Below are positions 9,908 to 19,316 of a stretch of DNA of 64,000 nucleotides, piece by piece. The translations under genes and the position numbers were made by a program. The notes beneath the pieces are model-generated. The model had not been told where the DNA came from. It made no database searches and saw only the letters and a list, made by a program, of their open reading frames with translations. Position 1 is the stretch's first letter. Every line of letters begins with the position of its first letter. The stretch is from an uncultured Synergistales bacterium (GTDB taxonomy: Bacteria; Synergistota; Synergistia; Synergistales; JAFGMB01), in assembly GCA_964519285.1 (NCBI GenBank), contig CAZFJG010000001.1, positions 664 through 64,663 of the forward strand, written 5' to 3'.

Positions 9908-9947
9908 TAGGGTCTTTTGAGGTTTACAGGAGGAGAGTGAACTGATA

Positions 9948-10073
9948 ATGAAAGTTAAACCATCAGTAAAACCTATGTGCGAACATTGCAGGGTGATCAA
10001 AAGAAATGGTGTAATAAGAGTTATCTGCAGTAAAAATCCGCGACATAAACAGCGACAGGGAGCAAGGAGGTAA
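9948..10073 (+). CDS. rpmJ: 50S ribosomal protein L36 (bL36), Zn type
   Basis: Not in the ORF track because it is under 60 aa. ATG 9948 follows aggaggag. It translates to [41 protein letters not shown] (C-x2-C...C...H), with TAA at 10071-10073. Confidence 0.93.
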   Translation: MKVKPSVKPMCEHCRVIKRNGVIRVICSKNPRHKQRQGARR

Positions 10074-10077
10074 TTAG

Positions 10078-10455
10078 ATGGCTCGTATAGCTGGAGTGGA
10101 TCTGCCTCGCGATAAAAGAGTAGAGGTTGGTCTTACATATATTTTCGGAATAGGACATACTACATCCCTTAAGATCCTGGGATCTACGGGGATTGACCCT
10201 TCTACAAGGGTAAAGGACCTTACTGAAGAAGAAGAGCAGAAGCTTCGTCAGGAGATCCAGGGTAGTTATAAAGTTGAAGGTGATCTCAGGCGTGAGGTTA
10301 CGATGAACATTAAGAGACTAATGGATATAGGTTGTTACCGAGGTCTCAGGCACAGGATCGGCCTTCCTGTCAGAGGACAGAAGACCAAGACAAATGCCAG
10401 GACAAGGAAAGGTCCGAGACGAACAGTGGCAGGCAAGAAAAAAGCCATTAAGTAA
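10078..10455 (+). CDS. rpsM: 30S ribosomal protein S13 (uS13)
   Basis: 125 aa with [26 protein letters not shown]...[23 protein letters not shown]. Confidence 0.97.
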   Translation: MARIAGVDLPRDKRVEVGLTYIFGIGHTTSLKILGSTGIDPSTRVKDLTEEEEQKLRQEIQGSYKVEGDLRREVTMNIKRLMDIGCYRGLRHRIGLPVRGQKTKTNARTRKGPRRTVAGKKKAIK

Positions 10456-10501
10456 TAGAAGAGTTATCTAACTTTGGTGAATCTCAAGGAGGCTGGATAA
10501 A

Positions 10502-10894
10502 TTGGCCAAACGCAAACAGCGAAGAACCAAAAGAAAAGAAAAAAAGAATATAAGTTATGGTGTTGCCCACATATATTCCACATTCAATAACACAATAGTC
10601 AGTGTAACTGACAAAGTGGGTAACGTTATTGGATGGGCATCCGGCGGTAATGTCGGTTTCAAGGGTACAAGAAAATCGACCCCATTTGCAGCCCAGATTG
10701 CAGCACAGGAAGCAGCAAAGCAGGCCCAGGATAATGGAGTTCAGGAGATCGATGTCATCGTAAAAGGTCCTGGACCAGGAAGGGAATCGGCTATACGGTC
10801 ACTTCAGGGGGCTGGTTTGCAGGTAAACATGATTAAGGATAATACGCCAATTCCCCATAATGGATGCAGACCGCCTAAAAGGCGTCGTGTATAG
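10502..10894 (+). CDS. rpsK: 30S ribosomal protein S11 (uS11)
   Basis: 130 aa with a TTG start after aaggaggc. Contains [18 protein letters not shown]...[14 protein letters not shown]...[16 protein letters not shown]. Confidence 0.96.
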   Translation: MAKRKQRRTKRKEKKNISYGVAHIYSTFNNTIVSVTDKVGNVIGWASGGNVGFKGTRKSTPFAAQIAAQEAAKQAQDNGVQEIDVIVKGPGPGRESAIRSLQGAGLQVNMIKDNTPIPHNGCRPPKRRRV

Positions 10895-10920
10895 TTGTCG
10901 GGGAAGGGAGGAGAATCAAT

Positions 10921-11550
10921 ATGAGCAGATATACAGGTCCGGTCTGCCGTTTGTGCCGGGCAGAAGGTACAAAGCTCTTTCTAAAGGGAGACCGCTGTTA
11001 CACTGAGAAATGTTCTATTTCCAGGAGAGAAACGAAACCTGGAAAAACGGCGACCAGCAGGAGAGGCAAGGTTAGTGAATACGGACTGCGTTTGAGGGAG
11101 AAACAGAAACTTAGAAGGTTTTACGGAATGAATGAATCCCAGTTCAGAAGATATTTCGCTATGGCGAACCGTTTAAGCGGACAGACAGGTCATAACTTCT
11201 TGAGACTTCTTGAGGAAAGGCTTGATAATGTAGTCTACCGTCTGGGTATAGCGAACAGCAGACAACAGGCAAGACAGCTTGTAAGGCATGGCCATATAAA
11301 TATTGACGAAAAAAAGGTTAATATTCCAAGTTACTCTGTCAAGCCAGGCCAGGTGGTCTCCATCAGGGAAGGTAGCCGAGACGTCCCTGTGATAAAGGAG
11401 AACATGGAAGTGGTCTCATCCAGGACCATTCCGGAATGGCTGGAGATGGACGGAGAGAAATTGCAGGGCAAGATACTTTCTGATCCATCCCGCGACCAGA
11501 TGGATGTACCAGTAAATGAACAGTTAGTGGTCGAGTTTTATGCAAGATAA
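10921..11550 (+). CDS. rpsD: 30S ribosomal protein S4 (uS4), Cys4 type
   Basis: 209 aa with SRYTGPVCRLCRAEGTKLFLKGDRCYTEKC and an S4 RNA-binding domain (RLDNVVYRLGIANSRQQARQLVRHGHI). Confidence 0.96.
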   Translation: MSRYTGPVCRLCRAEGTKLFLKGDRCYTEKCSISRRETKPGKTATSRRGKVSEYGLRLREKQKLRRFYGMNESQFRRYFAMANRLSGQTGHNFLRLLEERLDNVVYRLGIANSRQQARQLVRHGHINIDEKKVNIPSYSVKPGQVVSIREGSRDVPVIKENMEVVSSRTIPEWLEMDGEKLQGKILSDPSRDQMDVPVNEQLVVEFYAR

Positions 11551-11561
11551 TTACTCGAAGG

Positions 11562-12623
11562 GTGTGGGATATTTTGGAACTTCTGCGGCCTGAGATTAAA
11601 ATTGAGCAGTCTACCGAGACCTATGCCAAGGTAATCCTGGAACCTCTTGAAAGAGGTTATGGAGTGACTCTTGGCAATACTCTTCGCAGGGTGTTGCTTT
11701 CATCGATCAGTGGTTCAGCTATAACTTCAGTAAGGATCGAAGGAGTTCTTCATGAGTTCAGTACTATTTCCGGTGTCAGGGAAGATGTTATAGAGCTTCT
11801 TCTCAACCTGAAGAAAATTCCGGTAATATCATATAGTGATGAAGTAAGGGTACTTAGGCTTGAGGCTGAAGGTCCACAGGTTGTTACAGCTGGAATGGTC
11901 CAGCCAGACAGTGAAGTGGAATTCACAGATCCTGACGCTGTTATCTGTACACTCGAAGAGGGTGCCCATGTTGCAATGGACTTCTACATCGAGCAGGGAC
12001 AGGGTTATGCTAATATTGATCGTCCAAGACCTGCCTATCTTCCTACAGATGCTCTTCTGATAGACGCGGTCTTTTCACCGGTCCTTAGAGTGCAGTATGA
12101 TGTACAGGCAGCGAGAGTTGGTCAGAAAACTGATTATGACGGACTTGTTCTCCAGGTATGGACCAATGGGGTAATAAAACCTGATATAGCAGTAGCAGAG
12201 GCGGCTGGAATAGTCAGGAACTATTTTGGCATGATAATTGAGGAAATAGAAAAGTTGAACCCTTCTCTTCAAACCGGATCAGAAGGTGACACTTCTTCCT
12301 ACGACAATATTCAGTCTGCAGGAAATGAGACTTCCGCGGCGGCAGAGGAAGAGGACCTTATTCTTTCAAGACCGGTAAGAGAACTGGAACTTTCGATAAG
12401 AAGCGAGAATTGTCTTCTCAGGGGCGGTATTCAGACAATTGGGGACCTTGTACATAAAACGAGGGAAGATCTTTTGAAGATCAGGAACCTTGGAAAGATA
12501 TCGCTTAGAGAGATCGAGGAAAAAGTTGAGAAACTTGGTTATCCCTTGAAGCACAGCAATGAAGAAAACCAGTCTGATGAATCCGAAGATTCGGAAGATG
12601 GAATAGAGCCTAAGGAGGAGTAG
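11562..12623 (+). CDS. rpoA: DNA-directed RNA polymerase subunit alpha
   Basis: 353 aa with EPLERGYGVTLGNTLRRVLLSS and a C-terminal domain containing LELSIRSENCL. Has an acidic C-terminal tail. The start is uncertain (GTG 11562 or TTG 11574). Confidence 0.95.
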   Translation: MWDILELLRPEIKIEQSTETYAKVILEPLERGYGVTLGNTLRRVLLSSISGSAITSVRIEGVLHEFSTISGVREDVIELLLNLKKIPVISYSDEVRVLRLEAEGPQVVTAGMVQPDSEVEFTDPDAVICTLEEGAHVAMDFYIEQGQGYANIDRPRPAYLPTDALLIDAVFSPVLRVQYDVQAARVGQKTDYDGLVLQVWTNGVIKPDIAVAEAAGIVRNYFGMIIEEIEKLNPSLQTGSEGDTSSYDNIQSAGNETSAAAEEEDLILSRPVRELELSIRSENCLLRGGIQTIGDLVHKTREDLLKIRNLGKISLREIEEKVEKLGYPLKHSNEENQSDESEDSEDGIEPKEE

Positions 12624-12627
12624 TTCC

Positions 12628-12981
12628 ATGAGACATCATATGGACAGAAGGACCCTCGGGCGTTATGGTAGTCACAGAAAAGCAATGCTTTCAAATCTTG
12701 CTGTAAGCCTTTTTATGGAAGAAAGTATTGTAACGACACTTACCAGGGCCAAGGAACTTAGAAGGGTCTCAGAAAAACTTATTACACGCGCAAAAGATGA
12801 TACAGTCCACGATAGACGTATCGTAAGGTCCAGACTTCCTCACAAGGATGCAGTGAACAAGCTTTTCAATGACATAGCTAAAAGGTATGAAGGAAGACCT
12901 GGAGGATATACCAGAATAGTAAAGATCGGTAATAGAAAGGGAGATTCCTCTCCCATGGCAATAATACAGCTGGTTGAATAA
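12628..12981 (+). CDS. rplQ: 50S ribosomal protein L17 (bL17)
   Basis: 117 aa with MRHHMDRRTLGRYGSHRKAMLSNLAVSL...ITTLTRAKELRR...GGYTRIVK. Confidence 0.96.
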   Translation: MRHHMDRRTLGRYGSHRKAMLSNLAVSLFMEESIVTTLTRAKELRRVSEKLITRAKDDTVHDRRIVRSRLPHKDAVNKLFNDIAKRYEGRPGGYTRIVKIGNRKGDSSPMAIIQLVE

Positions 12982-12983
12982 CC

Positions 12984-13811
12984 ATGAAAGAAGGGGTTGT
13001 TTTTTCCCTCAGGGATCTTTCTTTCAGTTATCCCGGAGGGACTTGCCCCGTACTGGACAATATCACCCTTGAAGTTAATGAAGGGGAGTGGTTAGCTCTA
13101 GTGGGGAGTAATGGTTCAGGAAAATCTACCCTTGCCAGGTTACTTAACGCCCTGCTTGTTCCATTGCAGGGCGATTGTTTTATTTATGGTATGGATAGCA
13201 AAAAGCCTGAAAACCTGTGGGAAATAAGAAAATCTGTCGCAATGGTTTTTCAGAACCCTGATAATCAGATCGTTGGAAGCGTTATAGAGGACGATACAGC
13301 CTTTGGTCCCGAAAATATAGGTGTCGATCCTTCTGAAATCCGTGAAAGGGTGAACTGGGCCCTGGAAGTCACCGGTCTTTCCGGTATGGCCAGAAGAGCT
13401 ACCTATGCCCTGTCTGGTGGGCAGAAACAGAGACTGGCTATAGCAGGAGCTCTGGCAATGTATCCCCCGGCTATTATTTTGGATGAACCTACTGCTATGC
13501 TTGATCCTCAGGGAAGAAGTGAGATCATAGAAGTTCTTAAGGGTTTGAAGAAGCGAGGTATAACTATTGTATATATAACTCACCGCCTTGAGGAAATAGT
13601 TTATTGTGACAGAGTAGCATTATTAGAGAGTGGGAAGATCCCTTATATTTCCTCTCCTGTAGATCTTTTTGCCGAGATGGATAAAATGGACAGATGGGGT
13701 CTTGAACTGCCTCCCTTTGTAAGACTATGGTCAATACTGAGGGAAAATAGTGTACTAAAACCTTCTACAAGGCCTGTTATTAATGAGGTGTTATCAGATC
13801 TATGTCAATAG
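12984..13811 (+). CDS. ecfA1: ECF transporter ATPase component 1
   Basis: 275 aa. Walker A is GSNGSGKST, the signature is LSGGQKQRLAIA and Walker B is IILDEPTAMLD. Its position after rplQ is the usual ecfA-ecfA'-ecfT-truA arrangement. Confidence 0.9.
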   Translation: MKEGVVFSLRDLSFSYPGGTCPVLDNITLEVNEGEWLALVGSNGSGKSTLARLLNALLVPLQGDCFIYGMDSKKPENLWEIRKSVAMVFQNPDNQIVGSVIEDDTAFGPENIGVDPSEIRERVNWALEVTGLSGMARRATYALSGGQKQRLAIAGALAMYPPAIILDEPTAMLDPQGRSEIIEVLKGLKKRGITIVYITHRLEEIVYCDRVALLESGKIPYISSPVDLFAEMDKMDRWGLELPPFVRLWSILRENSVLKPSTRPVINEVLSDLCQ

Positions 13812-14644
13812 AGATAGATGACCTTACATATGTTTACCATCAAGGTACACCACTTGAGAACAAGGCTCTGGACAAGATCAGTCTGAAGATAAACAAAAAT
13901 GAATGGCTAAGTATTGTTGGACATACGGGAAGTGGTAAATCTACACTTGCTCAGCATTTCAATGCGCTCTTGCAGCCTCAGACTGGAGAGATTAGAGTAG
14001 ATGGGCTTTCTACTTCCTCTAAAACAAATGTCTTAAGGACGATCAGACAGAAGGTAGGTTTGGTTTTCCAATATCCCGAACAACAGCTTTTTGCCGAAAC
14101 TGTTTATGATGAAATAGCCTTTGCCCCCCTGAACTGGAAGACAGAACATGATGATCTGGACGGAATAGTTACAGAAGCACTTTACAATGCAGGACTTGAC
14201 TCGTCCTTCAAGACCAGAAATCCCTTTCAGCTTTCAGGTGGAGAGAAAAGAAAAGTAGCTATTGCTTCAGTGCTTTCGGCCTCCCCATCCTACCTTGTTC
14301 TGGATGAACCCACAGCAGGACTTGACAGTTCAGGAAAAAGGGATCTTCTTGGCCTGTTAGCATCCCTTCGGGACCAGGGACTGGGGATAGTTCTTATTAC
14401 TCATGATCTTGAGCTTGCTCTGACATCAAGTGAACGTATACTGGTGATAGAGAAGGGAAAATCAGTGACATTCGGAACACCAGATGAAGTACTTGATTCA
14501 CTTACACAAACCCGTGTCAGCGGGCTGGTTCTTCCCGATACGGCCAGACTTGCACGAAATCTCCAGGATACCGGATGGAATGTTCCTCACTGTCTGGATG
14601 AAACTGAACTGGCAAAAGCCATTATCAAGGTGAAAAAAACATGA
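13802..14644 (+). CDS. ecfA2: ECF transporter ATPase component 2
   Basis: 280 aa. Walker A is GHTGSGKST, the signature is LSGGEKRKVAIA and Walker B is LVLDEPTAGLD. Overlaps ecfA1 by 10 nt. Confidence 0.9.
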   Translation: MSIEIDDLTYVYHQGTPLENKALDKISLKINKNEWLSIVGHTGSGKSTLAQHFNALLQPQTGEIRVDGLSTSSKTNVLRTIRQKVGLVFQYPEQQLFAETVYDEIAFAPLNWKTEHDDLDGIVTEALYNAGLDSSFKTRNPFQLSGGEKRKVAIASVLSASPSYLVLDEPTAGLDSSGKRDLLGLLASLRDQGLGIVLITHDLELALTSSERILVIEKGKSVTFGTPDEVLDSLTQTRVSGLVLPDTARLARNLQDTGWNVPHCLDETELAKAIIKVKKT

Positions 14645-15447
14645 AATTTTTAAATCATTTAACCTTTGGTCAGTATCTGCCAGCTGATTCAATTATTCAC
14701 AGAATGGATCCCCGCGCAAAGATACTTGGGATAGTTTTACTGCTGACCGGAGTCTTTATTGTTAAAAGTCTTAATACATTTATAGTCTGGTTTGCTGTTT
14801 TGGCAGTAATAACTTTTATGTCAAAGCTTCCCTTTAAGGTTATTCTAAGGTCTGCAAAGCCAGTTATCATACTTGTTATTTTTACCGCCTGTATACATTT
14901 GTTTCTCACTGACGGGGAAATTCTGGTCAAGGCAGGTTTTTTAAAGATCACTGATGAAGGTTTAAGAATGGGCATTTACATGGCTATGAGGCTTTTGCTT
15001 CTGGTTCTTTTTGCATCACTTCTTACTCTTACTACAACTCCTATGGAACTCGCAGATGGTCTGGAAAAGCTTTTTTCTCCCCTGAAGGTAATTGGATTCC
15101 CGGCTCATGAGCTGGCAATGATGATGACAATTGCCCTGCGTTTCATACCAACACTTTTAGATGAAACGGACAGAATAATGAAAGCTCAGCTGGCAAGAGG
15201 GGCTGACCTTGATCAGGGTTCTATTTTTAAGAGGCTGAAGGCTTTCATTCCTGTCCTTGTTCCCCTCTTCGTAATAGTTTTTCAGAGGGCAGAAGATCTT
15301 GCACTTGCCATGGAATCCCGGTGCTATAAGGGCGGTAAAGGAAGAACAAGGATGAAACCTCTTAAATGGAATCTTCATGACAGCCTGGCTTTCTGTGTAC
15401 TTATAGCAGTAGTAACAGCAGTTGTAATAATGGACGTAAGGTTGTAG
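14641..15447 (+). CDS. ecfT: ECF transporter transmembrane (T) component
   Basis: 268 aa multi-pass membrane protein with a 4-nt overlap with ecfA2. Contains the coupling-helix-like motifs IALRFIP and QLARGAD. Confidence 0.88.
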   Translation: MKFLNHLTFGQYLPADSIIHRMDPRAKILGIVLLLTGVFIVKSLNTFIVWFAVLAVITFMSKLPFKVILRSAKPVIILVIFTACIHLFLTDGEILVKAGFLKITDEGLRMGIYMAMRLLLLVLFASLLTLTTTPMELADGLEKLFSPLKVIGFPAHELAMMMTIALRFIPTLLDETDRIMKAQLARGADLDQGSIFKRLKAFIPVLVPLFVIVFQRAEDLALAMESRCYKGGKGRTRMKPLKWNLHDSLAFCVLIAVVTAVVIMDVRL

Positions 15448-15449
15448 TT

Positions 15450-16196
15450 GTGAAACTTGCAGCGGTTTTAGCTTATGATGGCAGATTTTATTGTGGCTGG
15501 CAGTCCCAGCCAGGAGTTCCAACAGTTCAGGAGTCCATAGAGAAGGTACTTTTCCTGCTTGAAAAAAAGAAGGTTGCCGTAAGAGTTGCCGGCAGAACAG
15601 ATGCAGGTGTTCATGCAAAAGGACAGGTATGTGTCTTTGATTATTATAAAGAAATGGACCTGTCACGTTTGAAACTGGCTATTAACGCTAATCTTGACAA
15701 TAGTATCAGGGTTATGGGGATTCACAGGGTAGGTAATGAATTTGACCCGAGAAAAGATGCTTTGTGGCGTGAATATGTGTATTTTATCTGGAATGGCTCC
15801 GAGTGTTATCCCCATATCTCGAACTTTGTCTGGTGGAACAAATTTGGATGGAATGATCAGGAAGTTAAAAAGGCATGTACTTACCTTGAGGGAAAACATG
15901 ATTTTGCCTCCTTTTGCAAAGCATCTGAATGCCCCGAAAACAGTGTAAGAGAATTATACAAAGTATCCTTCAGAAGAAAGGGTAGTCTCGGTATTTTAAG
16001 AGTAAGAGGAAACGCCTTTCTAATGAATATGGTCAGAACCATGGCAGGGTCCCTTGATCTTGTGGGGCGAAAAAGAAAAAAAGCTGAATGGATAAATGAA
16101 CTCTTTGACTTTCCGTCAAGAAAGAAAGCAGGTCCAACTGCTCCAGCATCAGGCCTTTTTTTATGGAGAGTAGGGTACGATGAATTTACAAGTTAA
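15450..16196 (+). CDS. truA: tRNA pseudouridine(38-40) synthase TruA
   Basis: 248 aa with a GTG start. Contains the catalytic motif AGRTDAGVHAKGQV and AFLMNMVRTMAG. Confidence 0.92.
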   Translation: MKLAAVLAYDGRFYCGWQSQPGVPTVQESIEKVLFLLEKKKVAVRVAGRTDAGVHAKGQVCVFDYYKEMDLSRLKLAINANLDNSIRVMGIHRVGNEFDPRKDALWREYVYFIWNGSECYPHISNFVWWNKFGWNDQEVKKACTYLEGKHDFASFCKASECPENSVRELYKVSFRRKGSLGILRVRGNAFLMNMVRTMAGSLDLVGRKRKKAEWINELFDFPSRKKAGPTAPASGLFLWRVGYDEFTS

Positions 16197-16306
16197 ACAA
16201 AGATTTTTACTGCAGTTGATATTTATTGGTTATAATTTTTGTTGTATTGTAAATGATGCGGTCAGGAAATTTTCCTGTTATTACTAATTATAAAGGAGGA
16301 AGGACA

Positions 16307-17350
16307 TTGTTTGGGACCGATATCGGAATTGATCTTGGAACAGCCACAGTTCTGATTTACGTAAAAGGCAAGGGTATAGTCCTCAGGGAGCCTTCTGTTG
16401 TAGCTGTAGATCTGGATAATGGTCAGGTACTTGCAGTTGGAGATGAGGCAAAAGAAATGGTTGGAAGGACTCCAGGCAGTGTCGTTTCCGTAAGGCCGCT
16501 GAGAGACGGTGTAATTGCTGATTACACCATGACCGAAACCATGTTAAGGTATTTTATGAAAAGAATAAATCAGGGAATGAGAAGATTTTTCAAGAATCGC
16601 GTCATGATATGTGTTCCCTCAGGTGCAACAGATGTTGAAAGAAGGGCAGTTCTGGAGGCTGCTATGGAGGTTGGCGCAAGGGACGCTTATCTTATAGAGG
16701 AACCCATGGCTGCAGCTATAGGTGCAAATCTTGAGATCGGTCAGGCAAAGGGTAAGATGATTGTGGATATTGGGGGCGGAACAACCGATATAGCAGTAAT
16801 ATCCCTTGGAGGTATTGTAGTTTCCAGATCTCTCAGAGTTGGTGGAGATAAATTTGACGAAGCCATTATCAGATTTCTAAGAAAACAGCATAACCTTGCT
16901 ATTGGAGAACAGACAGCAGAAAAGCTGAAAATTCAGATTGCTACCTGTGATACAACTGAAGAAGAAAAGAGCATGGTACTAAGGGGGAGGGACCTTATCC
17001 AGGGGTTGCCGCGTCAGATAGAGATAGACAGTGGAAGTATAAGATCTGCCATTACCGACAACGTAACTGCTATTGTGGACGGTGTAAAAAACGTTCTTGA
17101 AGTAACTCCTCCGGAACTTGCTGCTGACATAATCGATGGAGGTATTGTTCTCACCGGAGGTGGAGCCATGTTAAGAGGACTTCCTGAACTCATCGCAAGA
17201 GAGACCCAGATCAACTGCTTTGCGAGTGATGATCCTACTGAGTGTGTGGCAGTGGGTACTGGAAAGGCTCTTGCAGAGATCGAAAATCTTAAATCTTCCG
17301 GAAGAAGCGGTATACTTGCGATAAACAGAAGAGGCCGAAGGCGGAGGTAA
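16307..17350 (+). CDS. mreB: Rod-shape/actin-like protein, MreB/Mbl family (solitary paralogue; no mreC/mreD follow)
   Basis: The track ORF starts at 16253. TTG 16307 lies 7 nt after aaggagga and gives LFGTDIGIDLGTA. Contains DIGGGTTDIAV and LTGGGAMLRGL. The C-terminal tail INRRGRRRR is unusual. Confidence 0.9.
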   Translation: MFGTDIGIDLGTATVLIYVKGKGIVLREPSVVAVDLDNGQVLAVGDEAKEMVGRTPGSVVSVRPLRDGVIADYTMTETMLRYFMKRINQGMRRFFKNRVMICVPSGATDVERRAVLEAAMEVGARDAYLIEEPMAAAIGANLEIGQAKGKMIVDIGGGTTDIAVISLGGIVVSRSLRVGGDKFDEAIIRFLRKQHNLAIGEQTAEKLKIQIATCDTTEEEKSMVLRGRDLIQGLPRQIEIDSGSIRSAITDNVTAIVDGVKNVLEVTPPELAADIIDGGIVLTGGGAMLRGLPELIARETQINCFASDDPTECVAVGTGKALAEIENLKSSGRSGILAINRRGRRRR

Positions 17351-17359
17351 AATCGAAAA

Positions 17360-17827
17360 TTGCCAGTTTCCGGAGTTAATGATGATAGGGTTAACAGCAA
17401 AGGATCTACCTTATGGTGGGGAGAAGGCCTGTATTTCAAATGCCTTGGATGTGGACGTTGTTGCAGAGGTGAACCAGGGGCCATCTGGTTTGATACTTCA
17501 GAGGCTGAAAAGATTACAGGATTTCTCGGGATTTCTCATTCCTTTTTCAGGAATAATTATCTCACCAATCGATGGGGAGCTTTGAGCATAAAAGAAAAGA
17601 AAAATGGAGATTGTATTTTTTACAGTTCCTGCAATGGTTGCCTTATATATCCGGTGAGGCCGCTGCAATGCAGTCTTTATCCCTTCTGGAATTCCCTTTT
17701 GTTTTCAAGAGAGAACTGGGAAAATGAGGCGATCCATTGTCCGGGGATCAATAAAGGTGATTTCTATTCAGGCCAGATGATAGCAGAGCTGCTTGATCTT
17801 TCGCTTCTGGTATCAGAGGATCTTTAG
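17360..17827 (+). CDS. YkgJ-family cysteine-cluster (CxxCxxCC) protein
   Basis: 155 aa with a TTG start. Contains CLGCGRCCRGEPG and a second cluster CNGCLIYPVRPLQCSLYPF, typical of the UPF0153/YkgJ family. Confidence 0.75.
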   Translation: MPVSGVNDDRVNSKGSTLWWGEGLYFKCLGCGRCCRGEPGAIWFDTSEAEKITGFLGISHSFFRNNYLTNRWGALSIKEKKNGDCIFYSSCNGCLIYPVRPLQCSLYPFWNSLLFSRENWENEAIHCPGINKGDFYSGQMIAELLDLSLLVSEDL

Positions 17828-17905
17828 TTAGAGATCTCCATTTTACAGACTGGGCCAGATCTACTGACTCTGGCTTTTGTAACAAATAAAGAACGGGGTG
17901 CTTTT

Positions 17906-19051
17906 TTGCCACAAACTTGGTCTGATATCAACTGGATACTTTTGGCTGGACTTATACTGGGCAGTGGCTTGCTCGCCTATTTGGGAGATATTCTCGGTAC
18001 CAGGTTTGGCAAGAGAAGAATCTCCATGCTTCGCATGAGGCCGAGGCACACCAGCTCTCTTATCACTGCGATAACTGGTATGCTTATAGCTCTTGTTATT
18101 CTTTTCTCTCTTTCTGTAACTTCGGATACTGTCAGAACAGCTATTTTCAGCATGAAATACCTTCAGAGACAGATAAATGACCTGACAGTGGAATTACAGG
18201 AAAGTCGAAATGAATCGGAACTATTATCCCTGAGAATTGTAGAGACAAGGGAACAGTTAAAAGAAAAAGAAGAACAGCTGCAGGAAGTTACAGCAAAACT
18301 TTCAGATAGTATTCCAAGACTGGAAGAGACAAGAAAGGCACTTTCAGAGCTGAAACAGGAAAAAGAAGATCTGGATAAAACTGTAAAACAGCTTAGAAAC
18401 GAAGCTGAAGTACTGAGGCAGGGCTTACAGGAGATAAGGGTTGGTAAAATAGCTGTTTATTCTAACGAGATCCTGGCGCAGGAAGCTATACCGTCTGGAA
18501 GTGACCCGGAATATATTAAAGCTGTTCTGGAGAACATGAGAGAAAAGGCGAGGATCCTGATTGCCGCACGACTGGGGCTTAACCCAGTTAAAGTTTCCCT
18601 CAATCTTGAACCCGAAAAGGAAAAGAAAATAATATCGGAATACAGCTATTACGAGGACAGGAAAGCTGTAAGGTTGTTCGCGGCTTCAAACATCCTCGTA
18701 GGAGAATCTGTAAATGTTAAATATCAGATTCTTGACAGTGAACTCATATATACTGAAAATGAATTGCTTATTAGTGACTTAGTCTTTCCTCCATATGAAG
18801 AAGAAGACGCAGAGGCCATACTTCACACCTTGTTAAGAAAGGTAAACAACAGATCCGTCAGTGACGGATTGCTTCCTGACCCAAGAAGCGGTACAGTGGG
18901 TTCTGTTGAGGCGAACGACTTTTTCGCTGCTGTTCACAGGCTGACAGTATTGCAGAAGACATCTACAGTAAAGATATTCACTAGTGAGAAGATATATTCT
19001 GAGGGTCCGTTAAGGATAAGAATTGTAATATCTCCTGTAAGTGGGCTTTGA
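17906..19051 (+). CDS. DUF3084-like membrane protein with a long coiled coil
   Basis: 381 aa with a TTG start. The N-terminus has two hydrophobic spans flanking GDILGTRFGKRRISMLRMRPRHTS. A roughly 90-residue heptad-rich E/K/L/Q segment is followed by a C-terminal globular part. The family assignment is from memory. Confidence 0.6.
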   Translation: MPQTWSDINWILLAGLILGSGLLAYLGDILGTRFGKRRISMLRMRPRHTSSLITAITGMLIALVILFSLSVTSDTVRTAIFSMKYLQRQINDLTVELQESRNESELLSLRIVETREQLKEKEEQLQEVTAKLSDSIPRLEETRKALSELKQEKEDLDKTVKQLRNEAEVLRQGLQEIRVGKIAVYSNEILAQEAIPSGSDPEYIKAVLENMREKARILIAARLGLNPVKVSLNLEPEKEKKIISEYSYYEDRKAVRLFAASNILVGESVNVKYQILDSELIYTENELLISDLVFPPYEEEDAEAILHTLLRKVNNRSVSDGLLPDPRSGTVGSVEANDFFAAVHRLTVLQKTSTVKIFTSEKIYSEGPLRIRIVISPVSGL

Positions 19052-19088
19052 ACAAGGGAAATAGCACAAAGAAAGGCGGAGGCTGAAT

Positions 19089-19316
19089 TTGCTTATAGTT
19101 GCTTGTCAGGTATGCGGTCAGACCGGAATTTTGAGAGGATCGCCGGAAAAAGACGGTATGGTGAGAACCAGCTGGATATGCAACCATTGTGGAACAGGTC
19201 AGGTGGTGCAGGTTCCGGTAAGTTCAGATGCAAGGAGCAGTAACCTGAGAGATATTGTTTTGGGTTTGCCGTCGGAATGGGCATCAGGAACTCCAGTTTA
19301 CAAAGGGAACCTGTAG
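19089..19316 (+). CDS. Small Zn-ribbon protein (hypothetical)
   Basis: 75 aa. TTG 19089 lies 6 nt after ggagg (19078-19082). Contains CQVCGQ...(x21)...CNHCGTG. The TAG stop overlaps a candidate GTG start of the next gene. Confidence 0.55.
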   Translation: MLIVACQVCGQTGILRGSPEKDGMVRTSWICNHCGTGQVVQVPVSSDARSSNLRDIVLGLPSEWASGTPVYKGNL

